Virus record (IMG/VR): IMGVR_UViG_3300027798_000017
Span: 59,253 to 123,252 of that record
Length of the DNA: 64,000 nt
Source: a virus
Strand: one strand, 5' to 3'
Shown here piece after piece: positions 16,495-26,209 of the stretch (positions are counted from its first letter, which is position 1; every line of letters begins with the position of its first letter). A program made the translations under genes and the position numbers. The notes below the pieces were generated by a model that did not search any database, had not been told where the DNA came from, and worked only from the letters and a program-made list of their open reading frames with translations.

Positions 16495-16686
16495 ATGGAA
16501 TATAAATTAGAACAAGTAGCTACTGATAAGTATGTAGTATTATACAAGAGTAATGTATTCATCTTTTTTACAAGATGGCTGTATGTAAAAGAATCTGATT
16601 CAAACGCAATCAGATATTTCGCTAGCAAAAGAGCAGCGCAAGCTTATATCAATTATAAGACAAATCCTAACATGAAATGGAAATAG
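16495..16686 (+). CDS. Hypothetical protein
   Basis: ORF downstream of TAACTTTG (16458-16465). Confidence 0.65.
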   Translation: MEYKLEQVATDKYVVLYKSNVFIFFTRWLYVKESDSNAIRYFASKRAAQAYINYKTNPNMKWK

Positions 16687-16687
16687 T

Positions 16688-16936
16688 ATGGAACATGAGT
16701 TTAACAACTTTATAGTTGTCACAAACTCTGAATCAACTAAACATTCAAAACCAGTAGTAGTAATAGATTTTACCAATTGTGATGGTCCTGATTATAAAAT
16801 AATGGGTTACATCATGGGTAAAGCTATGCATACTGCTGGTATTGTATATGATGGATGTTGGGATTCAGATGAAGACAATATGATAGCATGGGCAGAAAGT
16901 GCTGCTCAAGAGATTTTTGAGAAATTCTTTAAATAA
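16688..16936 (+). CDS. Hypothetical protein
   Basis: ORF. Confidence 0.65.
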   Translation: MEHEFNNFIVVTNSESTKHSKPVVVIDFTNCDGPDYKIMGYIMGKAMHTAGIVYDGCWDSDEDNMIAWAESAAQEIFEKFFK

Positions 16937-16946
16937 AAAATATGTA

Positions 16947-17504
16947 ATGAATATAGAACTAGACAAAGCAATTGCAAGGTTTCAAGAACAAAATAAAAAC
17001 TTTGCAGTAAAATACATGAATGAAAATGGTGAAATGCCAATGTTAGTAGCATTCCTAACACAAGATGACAATAAAGAGTTTGTAACGGTTGCTGCACCTC
17101 AACTAGCTGCATTACATACACAAGAAGACAAACCTAGATTTATTGCTGCAGTTAAGCAAGCAATTCAAGTAGTCAAACCTGTTGCTTTAGCATTTATTAC
17201 TGAAGCATGGATTATAAAAAGGAAAAAAGATGAACATATTGACACAAACATTCGCCCATCATTATCACCTGATAGAGCAGAAGTAGTAATGGTGCAAATA
17301 GAGTCATATAAAAACGCAGCATTGCATCTTTATGACATTATTCGCCATACATCTGGTGAAATTTCTTTAGAATATGATGAAGAATACAGCAATGAAAAGA
17401 TTGACAAATCAGATGTTGATGGTACATTTTCAAATCTACTTAAAGAAAACTATGACAAATTCTATAGAGAAATCTTAGATAGTATTAACAAAAATCAAAA
17501 CTAA
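16947..17504 (+). CDS. Hypothetical protein
   Basis: FITEAW...RPS..PDR.EVV.VQIES pattern. Confidence 0.75.
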   Translation: MNIELDKAIARFQEQNKNFAVKYMNENGEMPMLVAFLTQDDNKEFVTVAAPQLAALHTQEDKPRFIAAVKQAIQVVKPVALAFITEAWIIKRKKDEHIDTNIRPSLSPDRAEVVMVQIESYKNAALHLYDIIRHTSGEISLEYDEEYSNEKIDKSDVDGTFSNLLKENYDKFYREILDSINKNQN

Positions 17505-17510
17505 AAAATC

Positions 17511-17822
17511 ATGGATATTAATGTAACAAGCAAAAGCTATACGCTTACAGAAGATTACGTAAACAAAGATGGCAAAGTGATAACAGCTTCAGTTAAACTA
17601 ATTGTGAATGAATCACAATCAAAATTTGAAGTAATACCTGGTGATAACATGGATTCTTTTTACTATACATCTCGTATGCCAGCAGATTATGCAATGTGGG
17701 CAGCAGTTGCAAAACTTACTTACATGGCTGTAGAATTTGGTATTAAAGAATTAAGGTTAGAAATCAAAAATCCTAAAGATTTAGAAGAAGTTCCTTTTCC
17801 AGAAACAAGCGATGACAAATAA
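17511..17822 (+). CDS. Hypothetical protein
   Basis: ORF. Confidence 0.7.
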   Translation: MDINVTSKSYTLTEDYVNKDGKVITASVKLIVNESQSKFEVIPGDNMDSFYYTSRMPADYAMWAAVAKLTYMAVEFGIKELRLEIKNPKDLEEVPFPETSDDK

Positions 17823-18129
17823 TGAAAAGTATCTGAGAAATCAGTTAAGTGCATTGACAACAGATTGGAGTCATATGGACTGGAGAAAAATAAGAAACAT
17901 AGATTATTTTTTTTCAGACTATATGCCTGTTGAGCAAGGTCTTTTGCACAAGATAGAGAGAATCAGATACTACAATGACAATGGAGTTGTCAAACCTTAT
18001 TCGCGTCCTGTAATTGAAATGAAAATTGATGAAATAGAACGCAAGAACAATAAGCAAAAATCATTACTTGATCCATCAAAAAAAGAAGTCACAGATGAAG
18101 AAGCTGATAGTGATAGACCATTCGTGTGA
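17812..18129 (+). CDS. Hypothetical protein
   Basis: ORF. Confidence 0.65.
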   Translation: MTNNEKYLRNQLSALTTDWSHMDWRKIRNIDYFFSDYMPVEQGLLHKIERIRYYNDNGVVKPYSRPVIEMKIDEIERKNNKQKSLLDPSKKEVTDEEADSDRPFV

Positions 18130-18265
18130 AACAGTTACTGTTTATCCTTATGATGAGAATGTATGGGAGTGCCCAGAAGATTATACTACTGAAGATGGCG
18201 TATATGTAATCAATAGTGATTGCACATGGATTGTTGTCTCAGAAGTTAATATCAAAATTATATAA
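18095..18265 (+). CDS. Hypothetical protein
   Basis: MKKLIVIDHS...; abuts the next start. Confidence 0.55.
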   Translation: MKKLIVIDHSCETVTVYPYDENVWECPEDYTTEDGVYVINSDCTWIVVSEVNIKII

Positions 18266-18266
18266 T

Positions 18267-18665
18267 ATGTCACATCCTTTACATCACAGCATCTCCTCTG
18301 CAAAGAAATGGGGAGGTGAGGCAGAAGATTATTTACCAATTCATAATTGGTTTGACGAAACTAAGATGCATTATCCAGATATGCGTCATAGAGCATTACG
18401 CCATCATGCAGAAGGTATCTTTTGGTGTGAGAAAGAGTTTGGCGTATACATAGTAAACTCTGCTGGTAAAAAAGTACCTGTCAGAACACTTGGCGAACAA
18501 CATTGCATGGAAGACATTGGATGGATTCCTACAATCAAAGATTACCTTGACAACATGAACATCGTAGGATGGATGTACAAACCTGGCGAAGGAAGAAAAG
18601 TTCTTAAAGAAATCGCAGAAGAAAAATCAGATTATGTTAAACAATCAAAAACAAAATTACCATGA
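18267..18665 (+). CDS. His-rich DUF6915-like protein
   Basis: HPLHHSISSAKKWGG..EDYLPIHNWFDETK...HRALRHHAEGIF...EQHCMEDIG.IPT. Confidence 0.8.
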   Translation: MSHPLHHSISSAKKWGGEAEDYLPIHNWFDETKMHYPDMRHRALRHHAEGIFWCEKEFGVYIVNSAGKKVPVRTLGEQHCMEDIGWIPTIKDYLDNMNIVGWMYKPGEGRKVLKEIAEEKSDYVKQSKTKLP

Positions 18666-19360
18666 CAATAGAAGATGTAATAAAATGGTGTGATGAGAAA
18701 TCACAAGATGGCAAAGAAGTAGCAATATGCTGGGAAGGTGGAGGAGACTCTGGCTGGGTATATATACAAGTTGATGGAGAATCATCAAGTGATCCTGAAG
18801 CTGAATGGCTGGTTGATAGAATGTGTAGCATTCTTGATTATGGCTCTTGGGCTGGTGAGTTCAATGCCAATGGTATAGCTGTATATGATCCTGTGACAAA
18901 AATGTTTGAAGGTGAAGATATTTATAGTGAGGACACAACTGAGTCATTAGAACTTCAAATTGAAAATGCAATAGTTGTAAAAATACCCAAAAAGTTTTAC
19001 TTTGATGAATTAGAAATCAACATTGAGAATATTCTTGATGGAGGTACAGTATCAATAGTTCCTAAAGTAAAAAATGGTTTTCTCAGTACTGAGTTAATTA
19101 CTTTATGTGAATCATTACAAGATGATTTTATAGAAAAAGCATTAGAAGCTCTAAACGGTAATGTTCCTAATGCAGAATGGTCTGGTTGGCAAACTGAACA
19201 ATGGGATGAAGAAGGTGTTGCAGAAGCTGCAAAACTTGATTATGACAATTATATTTTTAGAGTTACCAGTCTTGAATACGTGGGCTATGAAGAATCATTA
19301 ACAGGTGTTTGTATTGATTTAAAAGAGTATGCAGAAAACTTAAATGATCAAGAATTATGA
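18662..19360 (+). CDS. DUF6878-like acidic protein
   Basis: WEGGGDSG, YGSWAGEF...G motifs. Confidence 0.65.
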   Translation: MTIEDVIKWCDEKSQDGKEVAICWEGGGDSGWVYIQVDGESSSDPEAEWLVDRMCSILDYGSWAGEFNANGIAVYDPVTKMFEGEDIYSEDTTESLELQIENAIVVKIPKKFYFDELEINIENILDGGTVSIVPKVKNGFLSTELITLCESLQDDFIEKALEALNGNVPNAEWSGWQTEQWDEEGVAEAAKLDYDNYIFRVTSLEYVGYEESLTGVCIDLKEYAENLNDQEL

Positions 19361-20064
19361 TAACAGAAGAAAAAACAAAACAGTATTACATGGAAAACAT
19401 GCCAGTGGACGAGAATTCTGCTAAAATGTATTGGAAAAAACTTTATAAAACTTATGACAATTTTTATAACAATGTTATTGGTGGCAAAACTCATCCAGAA
19501 GTTCAATCTTTTGCTGATTCCATAGAACACTCTTGGAATGATACTCCAGATATAACTGTGTCAATGGCTTTTGCAGAAAAGAATATTGAAATTAGACGCT
19601 TGTATTTTAAAGCAATTGGTGTGATTGATTTGTTTAAGGAATTAAAACCAGTGCTTGTTGACAAACAAACTCTTGAAAAAGAAGGTGTTTCTTGGTTAGA
19701 GAACAATACAGAAGTTTCAAAAACAATGAAAGATGAGTATGAACTGTATGAAATTGAAGGTGCAAGATTATTTCCTGAAGAAAAAAGTGAATTTCGTGTT
19801 AAAAATGCTACTATTTATGCAGTAAGATGCTGGTGTAGCACAACAAATCGCGAGTATTGGATTTATGTACCAAATAATATTGGTAGAAGTAAAGATGCAC
19901 TTGAAGCAATTGCATGGACTGTCCAGTTGAACATTACAGATCCTGAGTATATTTATAGACAAGGAGATGTTATTTTAGCAAAACACTCATCAACAAGTAA
20001 AGATTGCAGACCATATCATTTAAGTAAAGAACAGTATATTAAACTTTTAAAATCAGAATCATAA
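19357..20064 (+). CDS. DUF6745-like protein with C-terminal RQGDV segment
   Basis: N.EIRR..IG, VRCWCSTT.REY...VP, ALEAIAWT, YRQGDV. Confidence 0.7.
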   Translation: MITEEKTKQYYMENMPVDENSAKMYWKKLYKTYDNFYNNVIGGKTHPEVQSFADSIEHSWNDTPDITVSMAFAEKNIEIRRLYFKAIGVIDLFKELKPVLVDKQTLEKEGVSWLENNTEVSKTMKDEYELYEIEGARLFPEEKSEFRVKNATIYAVRCWCSTTNREYWIYVPNNIGRSKDALEAIAWTVQLNITDPEYIYRQGDVILAKHSSTSKDCRPYHLSKEQYIKLLKSES

Positions 20065-20330
20065 TGGATAATCACACAAATGGTTGGGAATCAACCACAA
20101 AACTACAATTAACACCAGGTGGTGAGCCACAAAAGCACATAATGACTGCTAATAAACCTTTTGGGTATAAACACAAAACTGATCAAGCAATTGATTTAAT
20201 AGTAAAAAACCCTACAGTTATTACTCATGATGAGCATGACAAAATGGTGTTAGAACCAGGTACTTACAGTAAGACAAATCAAATGGAATTTGATCCATTT
20301 AACAACACTGTGTCTTATATTTTTGACTAA
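20064..20330 (+). CDS. Small His-containing partner of DUF6745-like proteins
   Basis: KH...ITHDEHDKMVLEPGTY...Q.EFDPF. Confidence 0.7.
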   Translation: MDNHTNGWESTTKLQLTPGGEPQKHIMTANKPFGYKHKTDQAIDLIVKNPTVITHDEHDKMVLEPGTYSKTNQMEFDPFNNTVSYIFD

Positions 20331-20331
20331 T

Positions 20332-20361
20332 AAAAAAGGGGGACCTAAATCCCCCTTTCTT
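20332..20361. terminator. Bidirectional intrinsic terminator
   Basis: AAAAAAGGGGGA-CCTAAA-TCCCCCTTTCTT. Confidence 0.8.
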
Positions 20362-20410
20362 AGTAACAATTAAAATAATCATAAAAAACAAACAGAGTCG
20401 AAGCTGTCTG
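20332..20410 (-). ncRNA. Candidate small regulatory RNA
   Basis: Minus-strand TATATTTG (20413-20420), 5' hairpin CAGACAG/CTGTTTG, U-rich single-stranded middle, terminator GGGGGA-TTTAGG-TCCCCC plus T6. Confidence 0.5.
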
Positions 20411-20461
20411 TACAAATATACATGAATTATTGATAATTGGATATTTTAATTAACTTTTTTT

Positions 20462-20469
20462 TAACTTTG
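20462..20469 (+). promoter_or_regulatory. Bacteroidota housekeeping -7 element TAnnTTTG
   Basis: TAACTTTG 4 nt before the dUTPase ATG; similar elements at 16458, 21463, 25142, 28452, 29466 (+) and 24365-24372, 20413-20420 (-). Confidence 0.6.
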
Positions 20470-20473
20470 ATAT

Positions 20474-20905
20474 ATGAGTAATATAAAATTAAAAATAAAA
20501 AAGCTGCATCCAGACGCAGTAATACCTTGTTACGCTAAAGCTGGTGACGCAGGTATGGACTTAGTAGCCATCAGTGAAGAGTGGAATAAAGACAGTACAA
20601 TGGTGACATATGACACAGGATTATCTTTAGAAATTCCTGAAGGTTATGTTGGTCTTTTATTTCCTAGAAGTTCAGTAAGTAAAACAACTTTGAATTTAGC
20701 CAATTCTGTTGGTGTAATTGATTCAGGTTATAGAGGTTCTCTTATGCTTAAATTTAGATACCTTGAAGAAGGTGATGTTTATGATATTGGAGATAGAGTG
20801 GCACAACTTGTCATTATGAAATTACCATTTGTAGAAATCATAGAAGTAGCTGAGTTATCATCATCTGAAAGAGGTGAAGGTGGATTTGGCAGTACAGGAA
20901 AATGA
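20474..20905 (+). CDS. dut: Trimeric dUTPase
   Basis: AGMDL, PRSS, GVIDSGYRG, RVAQLV, RGEGGFGSTG. Confidence 0.97.
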   Translation: MSNIKLKIKKLHPDAVIPCYAKAGDAGMDLVAISEEWNKDSTMVTYDTGLSLEIPEGYVGLLFPRSSVSKTTLNLANSVGVIDSGYRGSLMLKFRYLEEGDVYDIGDRVAQLVIMKLPFVEIIEVAELSSSERGEGGFGSTGK

Positions 20906-21056
20906 AACATTTGTTTGTCAAAATATTATTCTATTCAAGAAAGTTTGGTCTAGGTCTTTACTTGGAGAAAATGCCTTTGGTGTTTGCTTACAAGTATAAG
21001 ATTACATTTCAAATTGCGTGGATAGAATGTTGTATTTTTTTAATCTACAAAAAATC

Positions 21057-21428
21057 ATGGAAAAAATTAATATGAAAAGTGCTCAAGTACAGGTTATAGG
21101 AGAGCATAGCTCTGTCTATCTGTATACACATGACAATGCAAGTACATTAGTATCTGTTGTACATGAGGTTCTTTCAAGAAGACAAAGATGGGATGATGCA
21201 GATTATCTTACACGTATGATTTTTTGCGCAATGATTCCATATGATAAATGGTCTGATGACAAAGGATTTGGAATTGGCAGTCAGTACTGCGTGGATACAA
21301 ATCTTTTAATTGTTATTAATGTTATCACAAAACACGTAAGTATTAGTAGCTGTGGAAGTGGTGTTGACAGTGTCACCATGGAATTAGAAGACTTTGTACA
21401 AAATTTTTTTAGAAGAGCAGAATTTTAA
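21057..21428 (+). CDS. Conserved phage hypothetical protein
   Basis: VYLYTH...RWDD.DYLTRMIFC.M...GFGI. Confidence 0.75.
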   Translation: MEKINMKSAQVQVIGEHSSVYLYTHDNASTLVSVVHEVLSRRQRWDDADYLTRMIFCAMIPYDKWSDDKGFGIGSQYCVDTNLLIVINVITKHVSISSCGSGVDSVTMELEDFVQNFFRRAEF

Positions 21429-21523
21429 TAGCTATGTAGTACGTTAAATTTTTTATATTTCTTATATTTGTACCAAGCTTTTGTTAGAATAGTTTAACTT
21501 AGTTCTTTAATATTTTGCTAAAC

Positions 21524-21817
21524 ATGCTATACCAATTACCAAATGGTAAATGTATTGAGTTGAAAGTAGAACAATATGCTGGAATGTCTGATTTTGAATG
21601 GGACAGAATGCTTAAAGAATTAGAGGCTGCTAATTGGGGAGATGAAGTAAATGATCCTTTTGCGATAAGTGTTTTGTATTATGGACCATCTAAAAAAAGA
21701 GATGAGGATTACAATGATGATAACATTATTGAACATGAACCTGATCTTGTTGATATCTCTGACATAGATAAACTAACTGACAGTGATTTCATTGACATTG
21801 ACAACATAGAAATCTGA
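21524..21817 (+). CDS. Conserved crAss-like acidic protein
   Basis: MLYQLPNGKCIE...NDPF..SVL with a very acidic tail. Confidence 0.75.
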   Translation: MLYQLPNGKCIELKVEQYAGMSDFEWDRMLKELEAANWGDEVNDPFAISVLYYGPSKKRDEDYNDDNIIEHEPDLVDISDIDKLTDSDFIDIDNIEI

Positions 21818-21835
21818 GCTTGCTAGATAAATTAT

Positions 21836-22252
21836 ATGCAAGTAAAACTTAAAAAATGTTCTAGCTGTGAGCTGGACAAAATGATCTGGAAAAACCATGA
21901 GGGTAATAAATACTGCAAAGACTGCTGGTACTCTCAAGAGGTGACTAAAACACCATCAAACAAAAGATCAATTAAACCAAAATCTGATAAAAAAGACGTA
22001 CTTGATGTTTTATACAGCAAGATGCGTAAAGAGTTCTTAAATGAACCTTTAAACTCTACATGTAGAGCAAAATTGCCTGAGTGCATGGGTCAATTCAAGG
22101 AGAATTTGACAGTGCACCATACTAAGGGAAGAGGGTTATATTATCTTGATAAGAAAACCTGGATACCTTTGTGTTTATCTTGCCATCAATGGGTAGAAAC
22201 TCATCCAAAAGAAGCAAGAGAAATGAATTTGTCACAATCTAAATTAACTTAA
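21836..22252 (+). CDS. Zn-finger/HNH-type nuclease
   Basis: CSSC/CKDC; C....PEC...HHTKGRG...LCLSCHQWVETHP. Confidence 0.75.
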   Translation: MQVKLKKCSSCELDKMIWKNHEGNKYCKDCWYSQEVTKTPSNKRSIKPKSDKKDVLDVLYSKMRKEFLNEPLNSTCRAKLPECMGQFKENLTVHHTKGRGLYYLDKKTWIPLCLSCHQWVETHPKEAREMNLSQSKLT

Positions 22253-22253
22253 A

Positions 22254-22553
22254 ATGAAAAAGTTTATTGGCTATTTTATAATAGGAGCCACAACAAAACA
22301 AGATGCAGTAGATGAAAGAGGATTACTGCTATGGTCATCAAAAAAACCAAATGCAATTATAAGATTCTTTAACAAAGTTCTTCTAAACATTCAATGGATT
22401 GACAAGACAAAAGTTCTTGAAGAAAAAGGTGTTAGAGGAATAAAAGAAAACAATACGCAAATGTTCAAAGTTGTTCCAAAAAGAGAAAACAAATATGAAA
22501 AACCGCGAGATTATCCAAGAAGAAGCCCTAAAGGCGATACAGGGGAAGCGTAA
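22254..22553 (+). CDS. Hypothetical protein
   Basis: KPN.I.RFF...LL...W.D pattern. Confidence 0.65.
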   Translation: MKKFIGYFIIGATTKQDAVDERGLLLWSSKKPNAIIRFFNKVLLNIQWIDKTKVLEEKGVRGIKENNTQMFKVVPKRENKYEKPRDYPRRSPKGDTGEA

Positions 22554-23598
22554 AGCAGGTTTAGGCATATCAATGGGTGTAGGTAAAACTTTAATAGGTC
22601 TAAAGTACATTGATAAGTTACACCCTACATGTATGTTTAAACGTTACCTTATAGTTGGTCCTAAACTAGCTGTATGGGATAGCTGGAAAGCTGAGTGTAT
22701 TAAGCACAAAATGACTCATTTGCTACCACATTTAGAGTTCTCAACCTATCTTTCACTTAAAAAAGTAGACAGCACCATGTATGATGTTGTAATACTTGAT
22801 GAGTGTCATAGTTTGAAACACTCTCATGATGCATGGCTTAATGCATTTTCAGGTAAAATTCTTGGTCTTACAGGTACGCCTCCAAGATACAAGTCTTCTG
22901 AGAAAGGTGAAATGGTTGCTAATTACTGTCCAATTCAATACACTTACATAACAGATGATGCTATTGATGATTCAATTCTTAATGACTATAAAATTATGGT
23001 GCACATGTTATCACTTAGTGATGAACGCAACATGAAAGTCAAGAAGAAAGATGGTTCATTCTTTTTAAATAGTGAGCAAAAAGCATATGCTTACTGGACT
23101 GATCAGCTTAGAAGAATCATGTCACCAAAAGAAACGCAGATAAAGCGTATTATGAGAATGAAAGCTATAATGACTTTTCCAACAAAAGAACGCTATGCAA
23201 AGCAATTATTAGAAATGATGCATGATAAATGTATTGTCTTTTGTAATACTACTGAGCAAGCAGATTGGATTTGTGAGGATAGTTATCATAGTAAGAATTC
23301 AGATAGTGAGGAAAACTTATATCAATTCAAATCAGGAAACATTACAAAACTTGCTTGTGTCCAGCAACTAAATGAAGGTGTTAATATTCCAAATTTAAAA
23401 GCTGGTATAATATTACATTCATATAGTAATGAACGTCAAAGTAATCAGCGTATAGGAAGGTTGCTAAGGTTAAATCCTGATGATAAAGCAACAATACACA
23501 TTCTTGGTTATAAAAACACAGTAGATATGGACTGGATTGCTGAAGCATTGAAAGACATAGATCCTAAGAAAATTGTTTATACAGAACCATATGCATAA
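22495..23598 (+). CDS. Superfamily 2 DExH helicase
   Basis: MGVGKT, DECH, GLTGTP, EGVNIP, QRIGRLLR. Confidence 0.92.
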   Translation: MKNREIIQEEALKAIQGKRKAGLGISMGVGKTLIGLKYIDKLHPTCMFKRYLIVGPKLAVWDSWKAECIKHKMTHLLPHLEFSTYLSLKKVDSTMYDVVILDECHSLKHSHDAWLNAFSGKILGLTGTPPRYKSSEKGEMVANYCPIQYTYITDDAIDDSILNDYKIMVHMLSLSDERNMKVKKKDGSFFLNSEQKAYAYWTDQLRRIMSPKETQIKRIMRMKAIMTFPTKERYAKQLLEMMHDKCIVFCNTTEQADWICEDSYHSKNSDSEENLYQFKSGNITKLACVQQLNEGVNIPNLKAGIILHSYSNERQSNQRIGRLLRLNPDDKATIHILGYKNTVDMDWIAEALKDIDPKKIVYTEPYA

Positions 23599-23980
23599 TA
23601 CAACAATCAAAGTAATTATTAATGGCACTGAGATATTGCCTGCGTCTCCAGAAGATGCAGGTAAACTCAAGTTGTTTAACATGGGTGTTAAAAAAGGACA
23701 GGAGCTAGAAGCTTACATTACTGTTCTTACAAATGACGATAAAACAGCAGGGCAACTTGCTAAGGTTCACGCACTTATACGTGAGATTGCAAACTCAACT
23801 GGTCATTCTATTGATGAAATAAAAATGATAGTAAAAGAAAAAGCTGGCCTCTACATTGTAGCAACCAGCTCTTCATCAGCAGGTTTTAAAAGTTTTGCAG
23901 ATTGTTCTAAACAAGAAATGTCAGCATCAATAGAAAGTTGTATTGCACTAGGACATGATCTTGGAATTTATCTTTACTGA
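23591..23980 (+). CDS. NinB/YbcN-like protein
   Basis: QLAKVHALIREIA..TGH...EIK...KSFADCSK.EMS. Confidence 0.6.
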   Translation: MHNTTIKVIINGTEILPASPEDAGKLKLFNMGVKKGQELEAYITVLTNDDKTAGQLAKVHALIREIANSTGHSIDEIKMIVKEKAGLYIVATSSSSAGFKSFADCSKQEMSASIESCIALGHDLGIYLY

Positions 23981-24348
23981 TTTGATGATTCTTCTTGATC
24001 TTCTAACCTTTCTTCAGCTTTTTCCATAGCATCGCGAAGTTCAGCAATAGTCATTTTTTCAAAAAAGTCAGCTTCTTTTGCAGCTTTTTCAAATTCTCTA
24101 CAAAGAATTAAAAGAGTTTCATATTGAACAATCCAAGATTTTGACACTTTACGTGATGCAATTTCCTGATGAGATGCTTGCACCTCTGATACAGGTTTAC
24201 CTTCTAAAAGAAATGCAATAACATTTTGAATTCTTTTATAGTATCCTGTACTCATTTTGATGCTTACAATAGCATCTTCTTTAATGACCTCTACCATTTG
24301 ATCATCTGATCCTGATGGTAAGAATGATTTAATTACTTCTTCTGACAT
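23974..24348 (-). CDS. Hypothetical protein, lone minus-strand gene in the replication block
   Basis: 124-aa ORF with its own TAACTTTG element at 24365-24372. Confidence 0.75.
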   Translation of the reverse strand: MSEEVIKSFLPSGSDDQMVEVIKEDAIVSIKMSTGYYKRIQNVIAFLLEGKPVSEVQASHQEIASRKVSKSWIVQYETLLILCREFEKAAKEADFFEKMTIAELRDAMEKAEERLEDQEESSNQ

Positions 24349-24381
24349 ATAATTTTAATTTAATCAAAGTTACTAAAAGTT

Positions 24382-25125
24382 ATGGAAAAACAAACAATTA
24401 AACTTAATGCTAAAGATGTTGCAGAAAAACTGTACAACATGATTAAATCAAGTGATTCAGGATGGCATGATTTGCTAAAAGGATTTTTAGTATCTGAGGA
24501 TTTTGTTACTATAGTCAAGACTCTTGAGGAGCTTGTTAATGATGACATAAGGTTTACACCCCCTCTCAGAATGGTGTTCAGGGCATTTACAGAATGTCCA
24601 TTTGACAAATTAAAAGTAGTGATGGTTGGACAAGATCCATATCCACAACTAGGTGTTGCAGATGGTATTGCTTTTAGCTGTGGTAACACTGGTAAAGCTG
24701 AAACATCTTTGCGATATATACATCGCGCAATAACAAAAACAGTATACAGTACTGACGATACAAAAGATTTGAGTACAGATTTATCCACTTGGAGTAACCA
24801 AGGTATACTTATGCTAAACACATCACTTACCACTGAGGTTGGTAAAATTGGAAAACATTTTGCAATATGGGATCCATTTGTAAAGTATCTTATAGACATG
24901 TTAAATTCTAAGTCTATAAACGCAAAAAAACCCATTGTCTGGGCATTTTTAGGTAAAAAAGCACAAGAGTTAGAGGATCTTTTAGATGATTCTCAAGTTA
25001 TCTTAAGAGCAAGTCACCCTGCCTCTGCTGCATATGCACGTGAGAAAATGTGGGACTGCAATGATATATTCAACAAGATAAATTCTGAACTTAAAAGTCA
25101 AAACTCTACTCAAATTGTATGGTAA
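24382..25125 (+). CDS. ung: Family 1 uracil-DNA glycosylase
   Basis: GQDPYP, ADGIAFS, W..QGILMLN..LT, SHPAS. Confidence 0.95.
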   Translation: MEKQTIKLNAKDVAEKLYNMIKSSDSGWHDLLKGFLVSEDFVTIVKTLEELVNDDIRFTPPLRMVFRAFTECPFDKLKVVMVGQDPYPQLGVADGIAFSCGNTGKAETSLRYIHRAITKTVYSTDDTKDLSTDLSTWSNQGILMLNTSLTTEVGKIGKHFAIWDPFVKYLIDMLNSKSINAKKPIVWAFLGKKAQELEDLLDDSQVILRASHPASAAYAREKMWDCNDIFNKINSELKSQNSTQIVW

Positions 25126-25169
25126 TTTGACAAATTTTTATTATATTTGCTTATCAAAAAAATTTATTT

Positions 25170-26189
25170 ATGTATAACAAACCAGAGGCTGGATCTTCAG
25201 CATCTCATGGACCCCCATCTCATGTAAAACCATGGCGTAAGTATAGTGATATACTACAAGAAAGCCTTGATTATATTGAGAAACGTGCCAGAAAAGAAAT
25301 CAAATCTTTAAGAACTTCATGGGAAGGTTTTAATAAAATTGGTCTTAATGGTATTGAATGGCAATCATTGTATATTCTTGCAGCAAGACCTGGTGTTGGT
25401 AAGACACTTGTCGCAGCAACATTGGCCAGAAATCTACAAGAATTAAATACTGAACAAGATTTTATGGTTTTGCATTTTCAATTTGAAATGCTAGGAAGAA
25501 ATATGGGCATTAGAGAAATGTCTTCTGCAAACAATATGGATATTAGATATCTACAGTCTGCAGAAGATGATGGTATGCCTCCTTTTTCCAAAGGCGATCA
25601 CGCAAAATTAGTGGAATACCTTGGTAAACAAAAAACACGTAAAGAATATGTTATAGATAGATCAATGACTGTATCAGAAATGAGGTATTGGATTGTGAGC
25701 TTCTATGAGGAACATAAAAAACCTTTTGTGGTTACACTTGACCACACGCTATTGGTTCGCCAAGCAGCTTCAGAAACAAGTAAACAAATTACATTGCAAA
25801 ATCTTGCCACAATGTTGACTGAGATGAAGAATTCACTACCTGTGACATTTATAATTCTTACTCAGTTAAATAGAGACATTGACAATGCTGAAAGACAGAA
25901 GCCAGGTAAGTTGGAGAATTTTCCAACTGAAGCAGATGTTTTTGGAAGCGACTATCTCTTACAATGTGCAGACGTGATGATTGCGTATAACAGGCCAGCC
26001 AAGTATAATATAAGCAGGTATGGCCCTCAAAAGTATATCATTACTGCAAGCGACAAGTATTTACTAGCGATGCATGTTCTCAAAAACAGGTTTGGAGAGA
26101 CAGGTATTCAATGGTATAAGGCAGATTATGCAAAAATGGAAATTGTTGAAGTAGATGAGCCTGCAAAGGAGCCATTTAAACCAAAGTAA
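25170..26189 (+). CDS. DnaB-like replicative helicase (C-terminal RecA-fold domain)
   Basis: AARPGVGKT, FEM, LDH, LTQLNR, ADV, KNRFG. Confidence 0.9.
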   Translation: MYNKPEAGSSASHGPPSHVKPWRKYSDILQESLDYIEKRARKEIKSLRTSWEGFNKIGLNGIEWQSLYILAARPGVGKTLVAATLARNLQELNTEQDFMVLHFQFEMLGRNMGIREMSSANNMDIRYLQSAEDDGMPPFSKGDHAKLVEYLGKQKTRKEYVIDRSMTVSEMRYWIVSFYEEHKKPFVVTLDHTLLVRQAASETSKQITLQNLATMLTEMKNSLPVTFIILTQLNRDIDNAERQKPGKLENFPTEADVFGSDYLLQCADVMIAYNRPAKYNISRYGPQKYIITASDKYLLAMHVLKNRFGETGIQWYKADYAKMEIVEVDEPAKEPFKPK

Positions 26190-26209
26190 TAATAATTAAA
26201 TTTTAACAA

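Noticed and set aside
24360-24935. 191-aa minus-strand ORF
   Set aside because: Antisense to the well-supported uracil-DNA glycosylase
20474-25125. Uracil-substituted genome
   Set aside because: Intact dUTPase plus UDG point to uracil exclusion rather than incorporation
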